From an uncultured Spirochaetota bacterium (GTDB taxonomy: Bacteria > Spirochaetota > Spirochaetia > SZUA-6 > CAVTHK01): DNA of 64,000 nucleotides. The stretch is from the NCBI GenBank assembly GCA_963734495.1, contig CAVTHK010000003.1, positions 401,318 through 465,317 on the forward strand. The letters run 5' to 3'. The notes under the pieces were generated by a model. That model saw only the letters and a list, made by a program, of their open reading frames with translations. It was not told where the DNA came from and did not search any database. The position numbers were made by a program, and so were the translations under genes. Within the stretch, counting starts at the first letter, position 1. Each line of letters opens with the position of its first letter. This document shows, in pieces, positions 57,625-64,000 of the stretch.

Positions 57625-58215
57625 ATGGCTGTCGGTCTCAAAGAGCGCTTCGCGCGACTGGCGCGCTACAACGAGCGCGCGAACGCGGAGATGTACGACG
57701 CCCTGACGCGCGTCACCGATCGCGTGCGCAGGAGGGACGCGGGCTCCTGGTTCGGCTCGATCCACGGCATTCTCAACCACCTGATCGTCACCGACATCCA
57801 CTGGCTGCGCCGCTACCGGGCGCTCGCGCCGGGCTCGAAGGCGCTGAGCGACGCGACGCTCGACCCGCCGAACCTCTCGTGGGACGACGACCTGCACGAT
57901 GACTTTGCTTCTCTCGCCGCGCACCGCGTCGCCGTCGACGCGGCGATCACGGCCTGGTTCGGCGAGTTCCCCGAATCGCGCTACGGCGAGGCGTTCGAGT
58001 ACCGGGATTCTTCAGGCTCCCCGCAGAGCGCCGTGGCGTGCGACGCGTTCGACTTTCTGTTCGTTCACCAGGCCCACCATCGCGGGCAGGTCTCCCACAT
58101 CCTGGACACGCTGGGCGCTGCGAACAACTGGGCGGACAACATGCGGTTTCTATCCCGGGAGGCGGGCTCGCGGCCCGGCTCCCGCGGACATCGCAAGGAG
58201 GATCGCGAGACATGA
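57625..58215 (+). CDS. DinB family protein
   Basis: 'LARYNERAN', 'FGSIHGILNHL' and 'HQAHHRGQ'. Confidence 0.9.
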   Translation: MAVGLKERFARLARYNERANAEMYDALTRVTDRVRRRDAGSWFGSIHGILNHLIVTDIHWLRRYRALAPGSKALSDATLDPPNLSWDDDLHDDFASLAAHRVAVDAAITAWFGEFPESRYGEAFEYRDSSGSPQSAVACDAFDFLFVHQAHHRGQVSHILDTLGAANNWADNMRFLSREAGSRPGSRGHRKEDRET

Positions 58216-59678
58216 CGAGCAGGATCAAGGTGGACGCGGATCGGGTCGTCGGCCGGGTGGACCCGATGATCTACGGGCACTTCATCGAGCACCTCGGCCG
58301 CTGCATCTACGGCGGGATCGTCGACGAGCGCGGGGTCCGCGGCGACGTGGTCGAGGCGATGCGCAAGATCCGGCCGTCGATCCTCCGCTGGCCCGGCGGC
58401 TGCTTCGCCGACGGCTATCACTGGCAGGACGGCGTGGGGCCCCTGGCCGGCCGCCCGGTGCGCACGAACCTCGCCTGGGGAGGCGAGGAGAGCAACCGCT
58501 TCGGGACCGACGAGTTCATCGACTACTGCCGCAGGGTCGGCGCCGAGCCGTACCTGTGCGCCAACGTCGGCAGCGGGACCCCGGAGGAGGCCGCGGCCTG
58601 GGTCGACTACTGCAACGGGACCGGGTCGACGGCGTACGCGCGCATGCGGCGGGCCAACGGCAGCGAGCGGCCCTTCGGCGTGCGGTACTGGGGCATCGGC
58701 AACGAGATCGACGAGACGGAGCACAAGAACGAAATCGGCTGCCTCTCGGCCGAGGACTACGCCCGCGCGGTTCGCGAGTGGACCAAGCTCATGAGGCGCG
58801 TGTCGCCGGACCTCAAGTTCACCGCGGTGGGCTCCAACCGGAGCGAGGTCGACTGGAACCTGAAGGTCCTGGAGAAGGCGGGCGAATACATCGACTACAT
58901 CGCGATCCACGGCTACTACGGCACCGACGACTACTACTCGACGGTGGCCGCGCCGGTGTTCGTCGAGAAGCGGCTGCGGATGCTGCAGTCGGCCGTCGAG
59001 CTGGCGAGCTTTGCCGCCGGCATCGCCAGGCCGATCCGCATCGCCTTCGACGAGTGGAACGTGTGGTACCGCACGCGGGGCGACCGCGCCCACCTGTTCG
59101 AGGAGGCCTACGAGCTCAAGGACGCGCTGTTCGCCGCGGGGACCTTCAACGTGCTTCATCGCATGAGCGCCGTCGTCGGGATGGCCAACCTCGCCCAGAT
59201 GGTCAACGCGCTCGGGATGATCCAGGTCCGGCCCGAGGGGATGGTGCTCACGCCGCTCTACCACGCGTTCGACCTGTACGCGAACCACGCGGGAAGCACG
59301 GCCCTCGACACCTTCGTGCTCTCGGACACCTTCGAGACGCATGACAAGGGCGGCTCCCGCGGGCTGGGGCCCGTGTCCGGCGTCCCCTACGTCGATGCTT
59401 CGGCCACGGTGCGCGAGGACGGCCGCACGCTCTGCCTTGCCGTCGTCAATCGTCACAGGGACGAGCCGGTGGAGTGCTCGATCGCCCTGCAGGGGCTCTC
59501 CGTCGCCGGCGAGGCCGCGGTCTACGAGCTCTCCGCCGCGTCGGTGGGCGCGGTCAACACCGTCGACGACCCGACGGCGGTAGCGGTGGCCGCGCGCAAG
59601 CCGGTGCGAGCGGGGGCGACGTTCGTCCACAGCTTCGCGCCGCACTCGGCGACGGTCCTCGAGGTGCCGCTGAGATAG
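58212..59678 (+). CDS. abfA: Alpha-L-arabinofuranosidase (GH51)
   Basis: 'YGHFIEHLGRCIYGG', 'RWPGGCFAD', 'FGTDEF', 'WGIGNE', 'FDEWNVW' and 'NLAQMVN'. ATG 58212 overlaps the dinB stop. Confidence 0.93.
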   Translation: MTSRIKVDADRVVGRVDPMIYGHFIEHLGRCIYGGIVDERGVRGDVVEAMRKIRPSILRWPGGCFADGYHWQDGVGPLAGRPVRTNLAWGGEESNRFGTDEFIDYCRRVGAEPYLCANVGSGTPEEAAAWVDYCNGTGSTAYARMRRANGSERPFGVRYWGIGNEIDETEHKNEIGCLSAEDYARAVREWTKLMRRVSPDLKFTAVGSNRSEVDWNLKVLEKAGEYIDYIAIHGYYGTDDYYSTVAAPVFVEKRLRMLQSAVELASFAAGIARPIRIAFDEWNVWYRTRGDRAHLFEEAYELKDALFAAGTFNVLHRMSAVVGMANLAQMVNALGMIQVRPEGMVLTPLYHAFDLYANHAGSTALDTFVLSDTFETHDKGGSRGLGPVSGVPYVDASATVREDGRTLCLAVVNRHRDEPVECSIALQGLSVAGEAAVYELSAASVGAVNTVDDPTAVAVAARKPVRAGATFVHSFAPHSATVLEVPLR

Positions 59679-59702
59679 ACTGCCGGGCTGCTGCGGCGCG
59701 GG

Positions 59703-60962
59703 TCACCCGCGCGCGTTGAACGCCCGGACCGCCTCGAACATCGCGATCACGTTGTCCGCCGGCACGTCGGCGAGCACGTTGTGGACCTGCTGAAACACGA
59801 ACCCGCCGCCGGGGCTGAGGATGCGCAGCTGCTCCGTGACGTGCCGGGCCACGTCGGCCGGCGTGCCGGCGGCGAGGACGCGGTGGGTGTCGCAGCCGCC
59901 TCCCCACAAGGTCAGGCGGCCGCCGTACTTCGCCTTGAGAGCGGCGGCGTCCATCCCCCGCGCGGAGATCTGGACGGGGTTGATCATGTCGACGCCCGCG
60001 TCGATCAGGTCGTCGAGCAGCGGCTCGATGCCCCCGCAGCTGTGGAGCTGGACTTTGACGTCCGCGAGCTCGCGCGCCCGCTTCCACATCCGCGCATGCC
60101 AGGGCTTGTACGTGCGGCGGTACATCCCCGGCGAGATCAGCGGGCCGTTCTGTCCCCCGAGGTCGTCGCCGAAGAGCACGATGTCGATAAAGGGCCCCAC
60201 GGCCCCGAGCCACTTCTCCAGCCTCTCGAGGTGGCGCTCGCACAGCCGCTCGGAGAGCCGCGCGCAGGCGTCCGGCTCCAGCGCCAGGGAGGCCAGGTAG
60301 TTGTCGTTGCGGTAGAGGAACTGCGGGATCTCGAAGAGGTTCCCGCCGAACAGCCCGATGATGGCGCGATCGGTGGACTCGCGGAGCGCCCTTGCGCCCC
60401 GCGCCAGCTCGGCAAGCCCGGCGCCGTCGAGCGCGACGTGCGCGCCGGGGCAGCCGATACCCGTCCACATGGTGCGGCCGAGCGCCTCCTCGAGGCCGTC
60501 GGGGCCGTCGAAGTCGTCGTCTGCCGGCGTCTTCGCCGCGAGCGGGTAGTGGACCTGCTCGAAGTAGAGGCAGCCTTCCTTCTGGACAGCCAGGTCCACT
60601 CCGTCGCCGGAGATCAGCCAGGAATCGCGGCCGCGCCGCTCGACGTTCAGGGTGCGGGGAATGCGGCAGGGGGTTCCGTCCGGGAGCTCCCACGACTTCC
60701 AGTCCGCGTCGGAGGTCAGGAACCCCCTTCCCATCTCGACCACGTCGACGCCGAGCGCGTCCAGGACCGGGGGCTCCACGATGGCGAGCTGCTGCACGAT
60801 GTCGTAGACGTACACGCCGCCGCCGGAGATGCCGAGAGCCTTCTTGAGCCTCGCGTACGCGATCGCCGCGATTCCCGATGACCTGTGGCCGCCGAAGTCC
60901 ACGGGCACGCGGTCGGGTTCCCGGTGCTGGACGGCGGCCATCACCCTCTCCCTCGAAGTCAT
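59703..60962 (-). CDS. Uroporphyrinogen decarboxylase / MtaA-CmuA methyltransferase family protein
   Basis: 'MTSRERV...HREPDRVP', 'FGDDLG.Q', 'HSCG', 'INPVQ', 'WGGGCDT' and 'GGFVFQQVHN'. Confidence 0.88.
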   Translation of the reverse strand: MTSRERVMAAVQHREPDRVPVDFGGHRSSGIAAIAYARLKKALGISGGGVYVYDIVQQLAIVEPPVLDALGVDVVEMGRGFLTSDADWKSWELPDGTPCRIPRTLNVERRGRDSWLISGDGVDLAVQKEGCLYFEQVHYPLAAKTPADDDFDGPDGLEEALGRTMWTGIGCPGAHVALDGAGLAELARGARALRESTDRAIIGLFGGNLFEIPQFLYRNDNYLASLALEPDACARLSERLCERHLERLEKWLGAVGPFIDIVLFGDDLGGQNGPLISPGMYRRTYKPWHARMWKRARELADVKVQLHSCGGIEPLLDDLIDAGVDMINPVQISARGMDAAALKAKYGGRLTLWGGGCDTHRVLAAGTPADVARHVTEQLRILSPGGGFVFQQVHNVLADVPADNVIAMFEAVRAFNARG

Positions 60963-61064
60963 GGCCAGGGGCAGTCTCTCACGCCTTGAAATTCAAGGCA
61001 ACAGCGCGGCCGGGGCTTGCACTCTGCGGCGGCTGGTCTACACTCGGTGTGAGGGAGCGCGGCG

Positions 61065-62585
61065 GTGGAGAAGGTGTCGGTGTTCGGAAACCCGCTGCCC
61101 GAGAAGGCCGTACGGCGGGCCGTCCGCCTCAGGCGGCGCCTCGAGCGGAAGTACCCCGGCGATCGACTCCCGCAGCGGATCGGATGCCGCGCGGAAGAGC
61201 CGGCCACGAGCTGTCTCGGCATCCGCACCCTCGGCGAGGGCGGCGACCCCGTCGATCCCGCGAAGGCGGTAGTGATCGGGACCATCCGCATGGGGTACGG
61301 CCACTATCGGATCTCGCTGGCCGTCGCCTCAGCGATCCGGAGCATGGGCTACACGCCGTGCTGGCTGGACTTCCTCTCACTGCCGGAGAGCCGGGCCGCC
61401 CGGGTGATCACTTGGCTGGAGGACCTGTACAACTTCGGGTCCCGCCTTTCGCAGCGCTCGCGCCTCTTCAACCGCTACGTCTGGGAGAGGTTCACGGGCG
61501 AGTCGGGGATGAAGCTGTCCGCCATCGCGCGGGACGACGAGATCTGCAGGCTCTTCGCGTCGGTTTGCGGCGGCCTGCCGCGCGATGTGGGCTTCATCTC
61601 CACCCACCCCTGGGCCGCCCGCGCCGCGCTGCACGCGGGCATGAGGTGCGTGGTGACCGCGATCCCGGACAATCTCCCCATGGCGTTTCACCTGGTCCCC
61701 GGGTCCGTCCACGCCGTGCAGACGCCGTCGGCCTACTTCGGCTATCGCAGCCTGCGCAACATGGGCGACGGCGGCCGGATGCTCATGCCCATGCCGGAGT
61801 CGGCGATCCGCTACGCGGGCCACTTTGTCGACCACGAGCTGGTCAGCAACATCGAGGAGGACTGCGACTCCCGGCTGCGGCGCGTGCGCGATCGCAGGCC
61901 CCGGCACGTGCTGCTCACTCTCGGCGGCGCGGGCGCGCAGATTTCGATGTTCGAGACCATCATCCGGTTCCTCCGTTTCCCCGTCGAGAGCGGGAAGGTC
62001 GTGCTCTTCGTCAACATGGGGGACCACGCGGATCGCTGGCGCGAGCTGCAGCCCGCCCTCGATGCGGCAGGCATCCGCTACACGCTGAGGCGGGAGTGGG
62101 GCGAGTCGCGCTCCTTTGCCGACGAGGCGCGCGCCGGCGAGGCGCGGGGCATCAACGTCTTTCTCTTCGACAGCATCTTCCCCGCGGTCTATCTCACGAA
62201 CCTGCTCATGCGGGCGAGCGACCTCATGATCACCAAGCCGTCGGAGCTCTCCTTCTACCCGGTGCCCAAGCTGTTCATCCACCGCGTGGGGCGGCACGAG
62301 GCCTGGGGCGCGATCCGCGGCGCGGAGATCGGCGACGGGACGCTGGAGACCGAAAGCGAGCTCGGCGCCATGCTCGCCCTCAAGCTCGCGGTGGAGGAGG
62401 ACGACCTGATCCCGTTCTACTGCCGCAACATCGTCAAGAACCACGGGGCCGGAGTCTACGACGGCGCCTACGGCCTGGTCCGCCTGGCGCTCGACCACCC
62501 GCGGCGGCGGCTGCCGGGCGAGCCACCCGGGAGCGCGTCGCCCGGCCCCGGCGCGGAGGCGGCGGCGTTCGGAGAGAACCGGTGA
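61065..62585 (+). CDS. Hypothetical GT-B-fold (glycosyltransferase-like) protein
   Basis: 'MGYGH', 'STHPW', 'LLTLGGAG' and 'DLMITKPSEL' resemble MGDG-synthase-type GT-B motifs. Upstream TTGCAC-N16-TACACT promoter. Confidence 0.6.
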   Translation: MEKVSVFGNPLPEKAVRRAVRLRRRLERKYPGDRLPQRIGCRAEEPATSCLGIRTLGEGGDPVDPAKAVVIGTIRMGYGHYRISLAVASAIRSMGYTPCWLDFLSLPESRAARVITWLEDLYNFGSRLSQRSRLFNRYVWERFTGESGMKLSAIARDDEICRLFASVCGGLPRDVGFISTHPWAARAALHAGMRCVVTAIPDNLPMAFHLVPGSVHAVQTPSAYFGYRSLRNMGDGGRMLMPMPESAIRYAGHFVDHELVSNIEEDCDSRLRRVRDRRPRHVLLTLGGAGAQISMFETIIRFLRFPVESGKVVLFVNMGDHADRWRELQPALDAAGIRYTLRREWGESRSFADEARAGEARGINVFLFDSIFPAVYLTNLLMRASDLMITKPSELSFYPVPKLFIHRVGRHEAWGAIRGAEIGDGTLETESELGAMLALKLAVEEDDLIPFYCRNIVKNHGAGVYDGAYGLVRLALDHPRRRLPGEPPGSASPGPGAEAAAFGENR

Positions 62586-62628
62586 GCCCGCTCGGGCGGG
62601 CAGGTCAGCCCAGGATGGCAGGCGAGTC

Positions 62629-63909
62629 ATGCGCGGACACACGAACGCTCTTCCGGGTCTGATCCTGACGTCTCACGAGTTCTCGCTGCCGCTCGACCAT
62701 GCGCGGCCCGGCGGCGAGCGGATCGCCGTCTTCGCGCGCGAAGTCGTCGCGCCCGGAAAACGGGAGGCCGATCTGCCCTGGCTGCTCTTCTTCCAGGGAG
62801 GGCCGGGCTTCGCGGCTCCGCGCCCCGAAGGGGGCGGCGGCTGGCTCAAGCGGGCGCTCGAGGACTACAGGGTGCTGCTGCTCGACCAGAGGGGCACGGG
62901 AAACAGCACCCCCGTCTCCCTGGAGAGCCTCGTCCGCCTGGCGTCGCCGCGAGAGCAGGCCGAGTACCTGATGCATTTCCGCCAGGACAGCATCGTCGCC
63001 GACGCCGAAGCCATCCGGCGCGAGCTGCTCGGCGAGAAGCGCTGGACGGTCCTCGGGCAGAGCTTTGGCGGGTTCTGCGTGACGCGCTACCTGTCGGCGG
63101 CGCCCGAAGGGCTGGAGGCTGCGGTCATCACGGGGGGCCTGCCGCCTCTCGACCGCGGCGCCGACGACGTCTACCGTGCGACGTACCGGAGGGTGCTCGA
63201 GAAGAACAGGCGGTACTTCGCCCGCTACCCCGAGGACGCGGCCCGGGCGCGGGCGATCGCCGATCACCTGGCCGACCGAGATGTGCGCCTGCCGGCGGGG
63301 GGCCGCCTGTCGGTGCGGCGCTTCCAGCAGCTGGGGATCGCATTCGGCGCGAGCGACGGGTTCGAGAAGGTTCACTACCTGCTCGAATGCGCCTTCGGCC
63401 CGCCCGGGCAGCTGAGCTACGCGTTCCTGCGCGGGTTCGAAAGCGCGTTCTCCTTCGAAACCAACCCGATCTACGCGCTGCTCCACGAGGCCGAGTACTG
63501 CCAGGAGGAGGCGTCCGGGTGGTCCGCGGAGCGCGTCCGCGGCGAGTATGCCGAGCTCGACGCCTCGCGCGCGGGGCCCGTGCTCTTCACCGGAGAGATG
63601 GTCTACCCCTGGATGTTCGAGGAGTACGAGCGGCTCGCCCCTCTCGGGAAAGCCGCGGACATCCTCGCTCGCCACCAGGGCTGGCCCCGGCTCTACGAGG
63701 CGGACAGGCTGCGGGCGAACACGGTCCCCGCGGCGGCGGCCGTCTACTACGACGACATGTACGTGGAGCGGGCGTTTTCCGAAGAGACCGCGAGGGTCAT
63801 CGGCGGGATGCGGACCTGGGTGACCAGCGAGCTCGAGCACAATGCCCTGCGGGCCGAAGGCGAGCGCGTCCTGGACCGGCTGCTTGCCATGCTCGCCGGC
63901 CGCGTGTGA
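62629..63909 (+). CDS. pip: Proline iminopeptidase (S33 alpha/beta hydrolase)
   Basis: 'FQGGPG', 'LDQRGTG', nucleophile 'GQSFGG', 'DDMYV' and 'EHNAL'. Confidence 0.9.
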   Translation: MRGHTNALPGLILTSHEFSLPLDHARPGGERIAVFAREVVAPGKREADLPWLLFFQGGPGFAAPRPEGGGGWLKRALEDYRVLLLDQRGTGNSTPVSLESLVRLASPREQAEYLMHFRQDSIVADAEAIRRELLGEKRWTVLGQSFGGFCVTRYLSAAPEGLEAAVITGGLPPLDRGADDVYRATYRRVLEKNRRYFARYPEDAARARAIADHLADRDVRLPAGGRLSVRRFQQLGIAFGASDGFEKVHYLLECAFGPPGQLSYAFLRGFESAFSFETNPIYALLHEAEYCQEEASGWSAERVRGEYAELDASRAGPVLFTGEMVYPWMFEEYERLAPLGKAADILARHQGWPRLYEADRLRANTVPAAAAVYYDDMYVERAFSEETARVIGGMRTWVTSELEHNALRAEGERVLDRLLAMLAGRV

Positions 63910-63959
63910 TCGGCCGTGGGCGCGCCGCCGGGTGCGCGCCGCCGGGCGGGCCGTCGCCC

Positions 63960-64000
63960 CTACTCCTTGATCGCCCCGATCATCACGCCCTGAACGAAGT
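63960..64000 (-). CDS. 3' end of a carbohydrate ABC transporter permease (runs off window)
   Basis: Minus strand reads '(Y)FVQGVMIGAIKE*', the typical C-terminus of sugar ABC permeases. Confidence 0.7.
   Translation of the reverse strand, partial: FVQGVMIGAIKE

Overview
This is a gene-dense, GC-rich bacterial window from a diderm (TolC and a beta-barrel protein are present). It is possibly a Spirochaetia-type genome, inferred from a Treponema-like FabV/TER and loose lipoboxes; this is not proven. About 50 CDSs are supported. I recognised no rRNA, tRNA, CRISPR array, integrase or transposase. (1) 1-13.75 kb is visibly less GC-rich and has Shine-Dalgarno-led genes. It carries a general-stress/glycogen block: CBM48 protein, a divergent pair of tiny DNA-binding proteins, FtsH, DUF3568 lipoprotein, Crp/Fnr regulator with a candidate -41.5 box, small stress proteins, a clan-CD protease-like lipoprotein, SPFH, GlgP, a baeRF-like protein and a mini-HNH. 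(2) 13.9-38.8 kb is very GC-rich and holds housekeeping/transport genes: msrB, idnO, P-type ATPase operon, satD-DUF3307 with three operators at a 29-bp period, vWA-HK-RR, fabV, glcD/E and an Opp/Dpp ABC system. Several of these are broken by what look like single-base insertions, probably sequencing error. (3) 39.0-43.3 kb is the most interesting locus: a LuxI/FeeM-like acyltransferase, a membrane PP2C phosphatase fused to an slr1658-like HATPase, an slr1659-like STAS protein and a convergent class III nucleotide cyclase, which may form a signal-synthesis plus partner-switching system. (4) 43.5-64 kb contains M20 amidohydrolase, a FakA-FakB fusion with plsY, REP-like repeats, a DUF1177-AroM-M29 cluster, an RND-TolC pump, DinB, GH51, a URO-D-like protein, a GT-B-like protein, proline iminopeptidase and the 3' tip of a sugar ABC permease. 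All family assignments come from motif recognition, not database searches.
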